DNA of 64,000 nt from assembly GCA_963812015.1 (NCBI GenBank), contig CAWETI010000003.1, positions 1,920,001-1,984,000 on the forward strand, read 5' to 3'. The position numbers and the translations under genes are program-made. The notes under the pieces were generated by a model that was given only the letters and a program-made list of their open reading frames with translations, was not told where the DNA came from and did not search any database. Positions 19,115 through 28,665 of this stretch are shown here, piece by piece (within the stretch, counting starts at the first letter, position 1; each line of letters starts with the position of its first letter). Source of the stretch: an uncultured delta proteobacterium. Lineage in GTDB: Bacteria; Desulfobacterota; Desulfobaccia; Desulfobaccales; 0-14-0-80-60-11.

Positions 19115-19341
19115 GGGGCCTGGCGACGACATCCAGGAATGCATGATCCTTCTCGCCAGTAGCCTGCTATAGCCATAACCCTGGCCGTATCCGATCCAAA
19201 TGTGTTCTCCCACCCGTGAGAAGGGGGCTCCAGACACTAGAGCCAGTCGATCCTTCGTCGAAAGGCCCCCGGCATTGATATGTATGATAAAGTTGCGCGC
19301 CGCACCATATCGTCGCTATGAAGCCGGGCCAAGATTGTCAT
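19115..19341 (-). pseudogene. Frameshifted CAP/SCP domain fragment
   Basis: ARLHSDDMVRR in one frame continues in another as RNFIIHINAGGLSTKDR...RVGEHI...SWMSSPG. Confidence 0.7.
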
Positions 19342-19372
19342 CTATTGATATTCCACTGTTTCTATAAAAATT

Positions 19373-19930
19373 CTATTCGATACAACAATCAATGGCTTTC
19401 TTGACCAATTCTCCCAATTTACTCAAAAAGCCTTTCTTTGGGGATTCTGAGACACTGATGGCATGGATATCTAAATATTTAATATCCTCATCTTTTCTTT
19501 TGACTCCTTCAAGGTTAATTAACTTCATATTTATTCCCCAAAAGAGCGAGTAAAGGCCATAAGCCTTTTCAAAAAGTTCTTCAGCCGCCTTTTTGTCTCC
19601 GACGGTTAATTGTTTGGTTCCTACTTCCATGAGGCGCATGCATGCAGCGAGCAAATGTTTTGAAATACACCAAACTTCCCCTTCATATTCCTTAATTATC
19701 TTTTTTAAAAGAGATTTGCGCATTTCCCTCACTTCATTGAGCAAATCATAGTATCCACTTTTTCCAGTTTTTGCCCCCGTAAAAAAGAAATGCTCCTCGA
19801 TGCTGATTAAATTCATAATTGCTATTGATAGATCCTGGTCAGAAGACAGGTCCATCTTATCTTGTTTCTTCATCTCATCAACTTTAAGAACGAGTTCGTT
19901 GATGGTGGGGATTTTTTCCTCTTCAGCCAT
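19373..19930 (-). CDS. Hypothetical protein (DLSIAIMNLISIEEH, WCISKHLL, C-terminal DCC)
   Basis: 185-aa AT-rich ORF starting 4 nt after the upstream gene's stop. Confidence 0.85.
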   Translation of the reverse strand: MAEEEKIPTINELVLKVDEMKKQDKMDLSSDQDLSIAIMNLISIEEHFFFTGAKTGKSGYYDLLNEVREMRKSLLKKIIKEYEGEVWCISKHLLAACMRLMEVGTKQLTVGDKKAAEELFEKAYGLYSLFWGINMKLINLEGVKRKDEDIKYLDIHAISVSESPKKGFLSKLGELVKKAIDCCIE

Positions 19931-19934
19931 ATCC

Positions 19935-20456
19935 TTATCCTTTTATGAAGCAATAACAAATTAAACTTAAAATCACCAGCGGGGCCACAGGCAAAACGAC
20001 CTTCTGCAAAGGGAAGTAAGACCGTCCTTTATTTTTCTCTTTCAGATAAATATAGCATACCACACCCGCAAAAAAGGAGACACTCCCCAGGATTATGCCG
20101 CACACCATTCTATCGATTCCCCAAAATTTATTAAATGGATGTCCGATAATTCCTTGCCAGTAAAGGGGAGCTATAATGATACTGTAATAACTAATGATAA
20201 TTAATATTCTGCGGCCGGGAAACCGGATATTCTTTTTATTGAGGAAACTCATAGTCCACATGATCGCCGAAAGGGTCAAACCGCCGATCCACAGACCGGT
20301 GATAATATCATCGATCCCCAACCATCCGAAGAAACTGGCGCCAGCGCACACCGCGAGGGTGCACAGAGGACAAATAGCCCAAAGCTGGTTTGGGGCCAGA
20401 ATAATCCCACCCATTCCTATAAGTAGGATAATAAGAAATATATTTTTAACTTTCAT
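19935..20456 (-). CDS. Hypothetical membrane protein with N-terminal CxxC
   Basis: Signal-like N-terminus, AICPLCTLAV, WLGIDD..TGLWIGG, about 4 TM helices, FPLQKVVLPV. Confidence 0.85.
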   Translation of the reverse strand: MKVKNIFLIILLIGMGGIILAPNQLWAICPLCTLAVCAGASFFGWLGIDDIITGLWIGGLTLSAIMWTMSFLNKKNIRFPGRRILIIISYYSIIIAPLYWQGIIGHPFNKFWGIDRMVCGIILGSVSFFAGVVCYIYLKEKNKGRSYFPLQKVVLPVAPLVILSLICYCFIKG

Positions 20457-20582
20457 GTTTTCACTATCGCCCTTTTAATTTATCTCAATGTCAAATAGCA
20501 TTCATCATCCTAATGTTATCAGCAATTTGGCATACTAACCAAACGGAAGTGGCAGCCAACACCGGCGGCCTCTATTCGGCCT

Positions 20583-20894
20583 TCACTTGAATCTTTCAAA
20601 ACCGAACTTCGTTAAGACTTCATGGTCAAGTGGTTCTTCCAAATGCTGCGCCACGAAAACGGCCAAAGGGAAGGGGTAAAGTTCCCGGCAAAACACCATT
20701 CTCTGTTCACCGTCCTCATTGGAAATCATAACCTGGATGCCGTTGCCGTCAACTACTAACGTTGCAAACAAACCCTCATAGTCTGGCGTTCCCATTTTCA
20801 CCTGGGCAAGCATTGGGACTATTTCACCACAAAGATCTTCGACATAGGGGTAGCGGATGTAGTCGGTTTCGTCAAACTTTGTTAATTTTAACAT
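20583..20894 (-). CDS. Hypothetical protein
   Basis: 103-aa ORF with an AGGGGG SD. Confidence 0.65.
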   Translation of the reverse strand: MLKLTKFDETDYIRYPYVEDLCGEIVPMLAQVKMGTPDYEGLFATLVVDGNGIQVMISNEDGEQRMVFCRELYPFPLAVFVAQHLEEPLDHEVLTKFGFERFK

Positions 20895-20896
20895 GT

Positions 20897-21387
20897 TTAC
20901 CCCCTTTTAGGCCTCATTAGTCCAGGCATTACCTGGAGAGCGGGACTAGCGGCACCGATTTCGATCTGGTTCGCAGGACCCGCTTTAATCAAGTCTGGGC
21001 TACGCGGAATGGAAGTCTCAAGGTGGATAAGTTTGGGGCCTTGTTTGGTTTGGAAGTGTCCCTCTAAAGTCTCCCAGACCCAGCCAGAATAACCGTAGCC
21101 GCCCACCGCCTTGGTCACCAGGGCCCCCGCCAGGATTTCGCCCGAGGTTCATTGAGGGAAACCGTGCCGAATTTATCGAAAGTATAATCAGGTACCGGGT
21201 GGCAGTAATCTTCTCCCTTCAAAGCCGCTGCGGTCAGGGCGGCTCCTCCGCCGCCGTATACTGATGCACGAAGACCGTACTTGTGATTTTTGGTCTGCGC
21301 CACCCCCTCTTCCCGGTCAGAGAAACCGGTGTTGAACAACACTTCTCCTTTCATCCCCAGGATGTCGTATGTGGCGTCCTTGATCAC
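20897..21387 (-). pseudogene. 5'-truncated, frameshifted aldehyde dehydrogenase-like C-terminal fragment
   Basis: KNHKYGLRASVYGG and GTVSLNE in one frame; (V)TKAVGGYGYSG in the overlapping frame across about 21120. Confidence 0.6.
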
Positions 21388-21414
21388 CGTGGGGCATACT
21401 AGATTTTTTCGATT

Positions 21415-21612
21415 TTACCTCCCACCGGAATCTTTTTCTATACCTGGTTTTTGACGGTTAAAAATCCTGACATTTATATTATGGTCTTCGGGATGAGTGG
21501 TCAGGTGACGGAGCCAGGCTTCCTCATTAGTCTCGGCTCTTCCCACTTCGACAATAGCCATACGCGCGTTAAAAAGCTTGCTGGGGTGATCCCTTTTCCC
21601 GGAGTCGTTCAT
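21415..21612 (-). CDS. Small hypothetical protein
   Basis: 65 aa, MNDSGKRDH...ETNEEAWLRHLTTHPED. Confidence 0.45.
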   Translation of the reverse strand: MNDSGKRDHPSKLFNARMAIVEVGRAETNEEAWLRHLTTHPEDHNINVRIFNRQKPGIEKDSGGR

Positions 21613-21849
21613 AATAAGGTTATGCCCCTTAACTATTCCTCCCCGAAACACGATTTTTCGCGGGGCCAATTTGGTATTGATACGCGGATCCTAAGAAGCA
21701 GTATAATCCCCGCCACATCTCCTCTCAAGTCGCATTGGAAGCTTTTTCCTCTTCTTTGGATTTGTTTTCCGCCGTGAAGAAAATTATCAGAGATTTTGCC
21801 CGCCAACTGAAAACATATTTGCTGAAGTGAAACTAAGGCTAACTTTCCT

Positions 21850-23247
21850 TCATCGCGTCAACCAGCGGCCATTGCGGACGGTGAGGAGGGCGTAAGGCCT
21901 GATCCATCTTAACAACAGGAAGGCATAGTAAGAGTAAATTACCCCATACACAAAATCCATATCCTGTTCCTGCCGGATATAGTAAAAAGTCATGAAGAAG
22001 GAAACTATCCCTACGCCGGCGACGAATTTTAGCACAGCCAGAGGATAACTGACGAGAGAGATCAGGAGCAAGGGCAGGAAAATGCAGGTCATGGGAAATT
22101 GCGACTCCCGGATAACAAAATCTAGGATGGGCATGAGGCGATGTTTAGGCCGATAATTGCTGAACATAAAGGACAATTTGATCAGAGATTCGCGGAAATT
22201 ACTCCGGTCCCAACGCAGAAACATGCGGTATAAACCCCGATAATTCTCGGGAACCGTCGTGTAGACCAAGGCGCTGCGCTGGTACACGGTCCAATAGCCT
22301 TGACGCAACACCAAGTTGGTAAAGGCGCGGTCTTCCCCGATGGTGCAGCGCACCCCCAGAAAAGTTTGGCGCCGCCAGGTTTCCAAGATGGGATCAACGG
22401 CCTCCCGACGGTAAGCCGAAAGGGCGCCGGGGGTGCAGAAGACGAAGCCGTACATGGACTGGGCGGCTCTGACAAAGTCGAAGGAGAGGATGAAGCGCAC
22501 CCACAGCATGCGAGTCAGGAAATTTTGAGTGCGGTTATAGACCTTGACGTTGCCAGCCACGGCTCCGACCTGGCGGTCTTGCAGCATGGGGGCCAGGATC
22601 TGTCTCAAGGTCTCGGGTTCGATGACGCTGTCGGAATCCACCGTGACAAAATATTCCCCCCGCCCCCGGGTAAGGCCGGCATAAAGGGCCTCTCGCTTGC
22701 CGCGGTTTTGGGGGAAACGGATCGCCTTGATCAGCTGAGGATAAGTTTGTTGAGCTCGATGGATATAGCTCCAGGTATTGTCCTGGGAGCCATCATCAAT
22801 GCAAATGATTTCTAAGCGGTCTGGCGGGTAATCAGAAGCGGCCACTGAGTAAATGGCCTTTTCCACCATAGCCCCCTCATTATAAGCGGGGATAATCACC
22901 GTTACCGTCGGCATGGGGCCAGCGAACAAGGGATAAGGACGATATCGCCACCAGAGGATAGAGAGCACCACCTGAAAGATTAAAAAGGCCAGGCTGTAAC
23001 TGGCCCCTAAAGCCATTAAAGGAGAGCTATAGCTTTTGCGGCTGAAAAGCTGAAGGTAACTGGTAAAAGTTCCAAGTTGGCAAGAGATTATGAAGAAGAC
23101 CAGCAGGCTAAAGGGCACTATTATCTTTATTATTACGTCCCCAGTAACGAAGGGCTGATGGTTAACGAAAGGCTTGGTCGTCTCGGTTGCAACAATATCC
23201 CTCGGCATGGCTCTGGCCTCTCTTTTTGCAAGATTTAATTTTGCCAA
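21850..23247 (-). CDS. Processive GT2 glycosyltransferase (hyaluronan synthase/NodC-like)
   Basis: IIPAYNE, DDGS, GKREAL, VDSDS, CTPGALSAYR, GEDR, LRW; TM helices at both ends. Start uncertain. Confidence 0.9.
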   Translation of the reverse strand: MAKLNLAKREARAMPRDIVATETTKPFVNHQPFVTGDVIIKIIVPFSLLVFFIISCQLGTFTSYLQLFSRKSYSSPLMALGASYSLAFLIFQVVLSILWWRYRPYPLFAGPMPTVTVIIPAYNEGAMVEKAIYSVAASDYPPDRLEIICIDDGSQDNTWSYIHRAQQTYPQLIKAIRFPQNRGKREALYAGLTRGRGEYFVTVDSDSVIEPETLRQILAPMLQDRQVGAVAGNVKVYNRTQNFLTRMLWVRFILSFDFVRAAQSMYGFVFCTPGALSAYRREAVDPILETWRRQTFLGVRCTIGEDRAFTNLVLRQGYWTVYQRSALVYTTVPENYRGLYRMFLRWDRSNFRESLIKLSFMFSNYRPKHRLMPILDFVIRESQFPMTCIFLPLLLISLVSYPLAVLKFVAGVGIVSFFMTFYYIRQEQDMDFVYGVIYSYYAFLLLRWIRPYALLTVRNGRWLTR

Positions 23248-23489
23248 TCTTACGCGAGCTTGGCCAGATGGCTGTTGGCCAGCCAGGCCATTAAATCTAA
23301 TTATTGATGGGCCAAGGGAACTTTTGCCAACAATAGGCTATTGGCCGAGTTGGATGCAGTAATCTCTTTCTTGAAGATTCATCATAGAATGAATCTTTCC
23401 CCTGCTAAAATTGATAAGCGGCCCTATATAGGGAAAGGAACCAGAAATCCAGGAAATCCGGGCTTCTGGTTCCTTTCTTACATCATGTC

Positions 23490-23960
23490 TTACAATCCAG
23501 TATCACCAGGACCGATAGGCTCCATAGCCATAGTAGAGCCCAAATTCATATTGTCCTCCTCCATGCTCACCTTAGTGCCGTGGCCTTTAGGAAGGATCTT
23601 CTTTACTTCGATCCGAAAGGGGACGAACTTCTCCTGCAGCTTAGCCTTGACAGCATTGATCTCTTTGAGCTTGGCCAGGATTTGTTTTTCATCCGGATTG
23701 TCAGCACGCCAGAGAGTCCTCAACTCCGCCTTTTTGACTAACTTTTCCTTGCGCAAACTGGCGGTGTCATCAAGAAATTTCTGCCGCAGATCGAAAAGTT
23801 TTCCCGCCTGCTCCGGAGTAAGGTTGGCACATTTACCCCAATGACCCCCATGCCCCCGGTGTCCCTTCATCCCCCAAGGCTGCGCCCAAGAGGTGAAGGC
23901 CAGGCTCAAGAATAATCCCAGAGCCAGCAATACCGTTACTGATAATTTCTTACCCTTCAT
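23490..23960 (-). CDS. Spy/CpxP/ZraP-like periplasmic heavy-metal-binding chaperone
   Basis: Signal peptide, G/H-rich segment, NLTPEQ motif, helical ADNPDEKQI..KLKEI. Confidence 0.85.
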   Translation of the reverse strand: MKGKKLSVTVLLALGLFLSLAFTSWAQPWGMKGHRGHGGHWGKCANLTPEQAGKLFDLRQKFLDDTASLRKEKLVKKAELRTLWRADNPDEKQILAKLKEINAVKAKLQEKFVPFRIEVKKILPKGHGTKVSMEEDNMNLGSTMAMEPIGPGDTGL

Positions 23961-24139
23961 TTTTCTCTCCCTTGAGTCTTGAATTTTTAGGGCCGCATAT
24001 CTGGCCTTTAATGATTAAACCCTAAAAATAAAATAAACCGGCGTGACCTACACAAAATTTTCAGATAGACAGGCGGGTGAGGAACTGAAGACATTAAATC
24101 AGGGGGTTGCCGCCAAGCAAAATACTGCTTCCGAGATGG

Positions 24140-24694
24140 TTACCAATTCCCCCGGCCACGGCCGCCCGAACCCATGCCGCCGCGCCCCCTGCCTTCGGTC
24201 CCTTGCCCATCGGGACCCTGCCCCCGAAAGAGCGGTACGCCTTTCTCATCCCGCACTTTCAACGTCTGGCCGTTCTTCTTCACCTCGGCCGCAAGCAGTA
24301 CTGTCTTCTCCTCCATGGTAACCTTAGAGCCGGTCACCTCTAAGGTATCCCCTTTTTGCAAGCTGAAGCCTTGTTTGCTCACATACCAGGGAGGCCCTAA
24401 CTCCACAGTAATATTGCCTTTATCGGTCTTAAGCACCAATCCCTGGATCGCCATTCCCGGGGCGGCCCGCCATCCCTGCATTCCATAGCTTCCCAGGTCC
24501 TTTACCTGTCCTTGAACCGTAGTCACGGTCTGGAGATTGTATAACTGGCGGCCCTGTGGCCCCGGGCCACCGTCCCCTCCGTTACTCTTCCCAAAGCCGC
24601 GACTTTGCGCCGCCGCCGTCCAAGCCAGTCCCAGTAACATGGTAAGAATAATCGGTGATAACCACCATCTAGTGCTCAAATGTATTTTAGACAT
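24140..24694 (-). CDS. Exported OB-fold hypothetical protein
   Basis: Signal peptide, VELGPPWY, GDTLEVTGS, LRD-like KVRDEKGVP, Gly/Arg tail. Confidence 0.8.
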   Translation of the reverse strand: MSKIHLSTRWWLSPIILTMLLGLAWTAAAQSRGFGKSNGGDGGPGPQGRQLYNLQTVTTVQGQVKDLGSYGMQGWRAAPGMAIQGLVLKTDKGNITVELGPPWYVSKQGFSLQKGDTLEVTGSKVTMEEKTVLLAAEVKKNGQTLKVRDEKGVPLFRGQGPDGQGTEGRGRGGMGSGGRGRGNW

Positions 24695-24908
24695 CCCTGA
24701 GACCTCCCATGGGCTCCATTGATAATCCTGCCTTGGTCTAATATAACCCTAAAAGGCAGGAAAATCGGCGGCTGGCAAGGAGTTTTTGGGGGGCCATGGT
24801 CTTGCGAGAATGGAAGTGGCTTCGTTCAGCGCCGACTGTTAATAAGATAATCCCCGGCAGAAAAGACATGGGACCGACAGCTTTTTCCAGGTCGAGAGAA
24901 CCAGTTTG

Positions 24909-24957
24909 TTGAAACTTGCGGAGCTATGAAATATACTTAAATAATCTAATTATTAGA
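24909..24957 (+). promoter_or_regulatory. Sigma70 promoter plus putative MarR operator
   Basis: TTGAAA-N17-TATACT, then the palindrome TCTAA-TTA-TTAGA at 24945-24957. Confidence 0.55.
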
Positions 24958-24967
24958 AAGGCTAACT

Positions 24968-25432
24968 ATGCTCGCCTCGCCAGATGAGTGCGCTCGACAA
25001 GTATTGGAAGCCGTTCCCATGGTGATGCGCGCCATCCGCACCGAGATGCGGAGCCATCGGGGCTCTGATCTGTCGGTGCCCCAGTTTCGGGTCCTGGTTT
25101 TTTTGAATCGCCATGAGGGTGCATCCCTGTCGGATATTGCGGAGCATCTGGGGCTCACCTTGCCCTCGATGTCCAAGATGATAGATGGCTTGGTAGCCCG
25201 AAATCTGGTGACACGCCAAATGGATCTCAAAGACCGTCGTCGTGTGACCCTGGTTCTGACTGCTCTTGGGCGGAGAGAGATGCAATCGGCCTATGAGGCC
25301 AGCGAGTCTCGCCTGGCCGAGCGCTTGGCGGTCCTCACGGCCTCCGACCGCCGCACCATCATCAAGGCGATGCAGGTGTTGGAATCGATCTTTAGGTCCA
25401 GCCGAGAGGCAAAAACTACACAAGGAAAGTAA
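24968..25432 (+). CDS. MarR family transcriptional regulator
   Basis: LSVPQFRVL, SLSDIAEHLGLTLPSMSKMIDGLV, DRRRVTLVLTALG. Confidence 0.93.
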   Translation: MLASPDECARQVLEAVPMVMRAIRTEMRSHRGSDLSVPQFRVLVFLNRHEGASLSDIAEHLGLTLPSMSKMIDGLVARNLVTRQMDLKDRRRVTLVLTALGRREMQSAYEASESRLAERLAVLTASDRRTIIKAMQVLESIFRSSREAKTTQGK

Positions 25433-25436
25433 CTGC

Positions 25437-26231
25437 ATGCATATTCTGGAAACGAAGGCACTCACCCGCTGCTTTAACGGCCATACCGCGGTGGACGCGC
25501 TGACGATTACCGTAGAGGCCGGGGAGGTGTTCGGTTTACTTGGTCCCAACGGTGCGGGTAAGACCACCACCATCAAGATGCTCACCACCCTCCTGCCACC
25601 GACCTCGGGAACTGCGTCCGTCGCCGGCTTCGACATCGTGCGACAGGCCCGGGAGGTGCGCCGGGTCATCGGCTACGTGCCACAGCTGGTCTCGGCCGAT
25701 GGCAGCCTGACCGGTTATGAGAACCTGTTGATCTTTGCCAAACTTTACGACATCCCGAGGGGCGAGCGCGAATCGCGCCTTGGCGAGGCGCTGGACCTTG
25801 TGGGCCTGGCCGACGCCGCGGACCGCATGGTGCGCGAATATTCAGGTGGGATGATCCGGCGGCTGGAGATCGCCCAGTCCATGTTGCATCGGCCGCGGGT
25901 GCTCTTCCTGGACGAACCTACCGTGGGACTCGATCCAGTAGCGCGCCGGGCTGTCTGGGACCATATCAAGAAATTGCGCGAGTACGGCGCCACCATTCTG
26001 ATGACTACTCACCTCATGGAGGAAGCCGATCACCTGTGCCAACGGGTGGCGATCATGCATCTGGGCCGAGTGGCTGCCATCGGCACGCCCGCGGCTCTCA
26101 AAGCGTCGTTGGGCGGCAACGAGACAACCTTGGATGATGTATTCGTCCACTATGCGGGCGGCGCAGTCGATTCCGGGGGAGGTTACCGTGAAGCATCAAG
26201 AACCAGGCGAACGGCCCAACGGCTGGGCTAG
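25437..26231 (+). CDS. ABC-2 (DrrA-like) exporter ATP-binding protein
   Basis: GPNGAGKTT, YSGGM, FLDEPTVGLDP, TTH. Confidence 0.93.
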   Translation: MHILETKALTRCFNGHTAVDALTITVEAGEVFGLLGPNGAGKTTTIKMLTTLLPPTSGTASVAGFDIVRQAREVRRVIGYVPQLVSADGSLTGYENLLIFAKLYDIPRGERESRLGEALDLVGLADAADRMVREYSGGMIRRLEIAQSMLHRPRVLFLDEPTVGLDPVARRAVWDHIKKLREYGATILMTTHLMEEADHLCQRVAIMHLGRVAAIGTPAALKASLGGNETTLDDVFVHYAGGAVDSGGGYREASRTRRTAQRLG

Positions 26232-27039
26232 GCGGCTTCTGCGGCACATGACAGCTCCACTGAAACGGATCACCGGGTTCGTAAGTAAGACGCTGGTCAT
26301 TGCCGAGTTGGAATTGCGCAAAATTCGCCACGATCCCACCGAACTGCTCACCCGCGCCGTACAGCCGGCACTGTGGCTGCTGGTGTTTGGGCAAGTTTTG
26401 GGCAGGACCCGGGCCATCCCCACCGGCGGCCTGCCTTACCTGGACTTTATGGCCCCCGGCATCCTCGCCCAGAGTGTCCTGTTCATCGCCATCTTCCACG
26501 GCATCGCCATCATCTGGGAGCGTGACCTGGGACTCGTCCATAAACTCCTGGCCAGCCCAACTCCGCGCCCGGCGCTGGTGCTGGGCAAGGGAATTTCCGC
26601 GGGTGTCCGGGCCCTGTCGCAGGTGGCTATCGTTTATGGGCTAGCGCTGCTGCTGGGTGTCAAGATCAACTGGCATCCCCTGGCACTGCTAGGGGTGCTG
26701 AGTGTCGCGATCCTGGGGGCGTCGTGTTTTTCCACCCTCTCCCTGATCATTGCCTGCGTGGTCAAGACCCGGGAACGCTTCATGGGCATTGGCCAGGTCT
26801 TGACGATGCCCTTGTTCTTTGCGAGCAACGCGATTTACCCGATCTCCATCATGCCAGATTGGCTAAAGGTGATCTCTCACCTCAATCCGTTGACGTACGA
26901 AGTGGACGCGCTGCGAGCTTTGATGCTGACCGGGGGAACGAGCGTTTTTGGCATAGGGCCGGATATGGGTATATTGTTGATGGTCACGGCGCTTCTGGTC
27001 ATAATTGGCGGGTGGATGTATCCACGGATCGCGATTTAA
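26188..27039 (+). CDS. ABC-2 exporter permease
   Basis: YLDFMAPGI, WERDLG, PLFFASNAIYP, NPLTYEVDALR. Confidence 0.92.
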   Translation: MKHQEPGERPNGWARRLLRHMTAPLKRITGFVSKTLVIAELELRKIRHDPTELLTRAVQPALWLLVFGQVLGRTRAIPTGGLPYLDFMAPGILAQSVLFIAIFHGIAIIWERDLGLVHKLLASPTPRPALVLGKGISAGVRALSQVAIVYGLALLLGVKINWHPLALLGVLSVAILGASCFSTLSLIIACVVKTRERFMGIGQVLTMPLFFASNAIYPISIMPDWLKVISHLNPLTYEVDALRALMLTGGTSVFGIGPDMGILLMVTALLVIIGGWMYPRIAI

Positions 27040-27116
27040 ACCGTACGGATATGGCAATCCTCAAGGTATTTTTCGCAGGGCGCATACAGGTGCGACCTTA
27101 CATATGGTCCTTTCTC

Positions 27117-27132
27117 CTTCGATTGCAACCTG
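27117..27132 (+). repeat. 16-bp direct repeat, copy 1
   Basis: CTTCGATTGCAACCTG, identical at 35055-35070. Confidence 0.65.
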
Positions 27133-27148
27133 ATATAAGCAGAAGTCC

Positions 27149-28639
27149 ATGAATGAGCAGAAAGATAGCGTGAGCAGCATCCACAAAGAGGCGATTGCGG
27201 TCCCGGCCGGCGGGGAGACCGCGGACAAGTGGACCGTCATGGGGATTATGGCCTTCGGCCTCTTTATGGCGACCCTGGACGCCAGCATTGTGAATATCTC
27301 CTTGCCGAAAATCAGTCTCTCTTTTCATATCCCTCTCAGTGGCATGGTGGAATGGGTCATCATTGCATATCTCATCGTTATTGCCAGTCTCCTGCTGACC
27401 TTGGGCCGACTGTTGGATATGGTGGGGCAGAAACTCCTCTGGGTGCTGGGACTCTCCATCTTTACTACGAGTTCCGCCCTGTGCGGGGCGGCTCCGTCGC
27501 TGTTGTTCCTGGTCATCTTTCGGGCCCTGCAGGCAGTGGGGGGCGCGATGATCATGGCTATCAGTCCAGTCATGATCACCCGTGCTTTTCCGGCCACGCA
27601 GCGGGGGCGGGCCTTGGGTATGCTTGGTCTGGTGGTGGCCGCCGGTACGAGCGCCGGTCCCACCGTAGGCGGTCTCATAACCCATGCCTTCACCTGGCGC
27701 TGGATCTTTTACATCAATGTGCCCATCGGCATGATTGGCATCGTTGCGGCACTCCGCCTGCTGACGGAGCCATTGCGTCCGAGCTGGGGCCAGCAGCGAT
27801 TTGACCCCATCGGCGCCATCCTGCTCTCGGGCAGCGTCAGCGGCCTGATGCTGGGTCTGAGCTTCGGCCAAGAAGCAGGGTGGCGTTCCTTCACCATTGT
27901 CGGTCTCTTTGTTGCGGCTTTGGTGCTGCTGGCGGCGTTCATTATCCACGAAAAGCACGTGACACAGCCCATCGTCGATTTCTCTCTCTTCCGCAACCGG
28001 CTGTTCTCCGCGGCGATTGTCAGCAGCTTTCTCTGCTTTCTGTCTCTGTTTGCCGTGATGTTCCTGATGCCCTTCTACCTGGAAGAGCTGCTGGCGCTTC
28101 CGGTCCATCTGGCAGGCCTGCTGATGACGGCGGTACCGCTTACCATCGCGGTGGTGGCCCCGTTAAGCGGCTGGCTCTCCGATCGTTTCGGATCGCGGCT
28201 TCTCAGTTCCTTGGGCCTGGCCATCGTCTGTCTGGGACTCTGGTTTCTCAGCCGATTGACCGCACGGGTGTCACTTTTTGACATTGTCTGGCCGCTGGTG
28301 GTGACCGGCTTCGGGCAAGCGCTTTTCCAACCGCCGAACAATAACGCCATTTTGAGTTCAGTGCCACCGCAGCGCTTAGGGATTGCCTCGGGGTTTCTGT
28401 CCACAGTCCGCGTGCTGGGCCAATCCTCCAGTGTGGCTCTCTCCGGGGCGATTTTTACCTCGCTGGGCGGCGCCCAGGCCGGAGCGGCGCTAAGCCAGAA
28501 ATGGGGCCTTCCCGCCAACCCGTTGGAAACGGTGTTTGTTCATGCCTTCCACATAACTCTGCTCACCTGCATGATCATTGCGAGTATCGGGGTGTTCACT
28601 TCACTCATGCGCGGCCCCCGGGGCAGCAGCTATCGCTAA
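27149..28639 (+). CDS. DHA2-type MFS efflux transporter
   Basis: LDASIVNISLP, GRLLDMVG, GPTVGG, WRWIFYINVPIG; about 14 TM helices. Confidence 0.93.
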   Translation: MNEQKDSVSSIHKEAIAVPAGGETADKWTVMGIMAFGLFMATLDASIVNISLPKISLSFHIPLSGMVEWVIIAYLIVIASLLLTLGRLLDMVGQKLLWVLGLSIFTTSSALCGAAPSLLFLVIFRALQAVGGAMIMAISPVMITRAFPATQRGRALGMLGLVVAAGTSAGPTVGGLITHAFTWRWIFYINVPIGMIGIVAALRLLTEPLRPSWGQQRFDPIGAILLSGSVSGLMLGLSFGQEAGWRSFTIVGLFVAALVLLAAFIIHEKHVTQPIVDFSLFRNRLFSAAIVSSFLCFLSLFAVMFLMPFYLEELLALPVHLAGLLMTAVPLTIAVVAPLSGWLSDRFGSRLLSSLGLAIVCLGLWFLSRLTARVSLFDIVWPLVVTGFGQALFQPPNNNAILSSVPPQRLGIASGFLSTVRVLGQSSSVALSGAIFTSLGGAQAGAALSQKWGLPANPLETVFVHAFHITLLTCMIIASIGVFTSLMRGPRGSSYR

Positions 28640-28665
28640 CCGCGGCTACGCGAGGGAGAAATTTT

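Noticed and set aside
18200..24700. Integron cassette array
   Set aside because: The genes are small and co-oriented, but I found no recurring attC-like inverted repeats or integron integrase.
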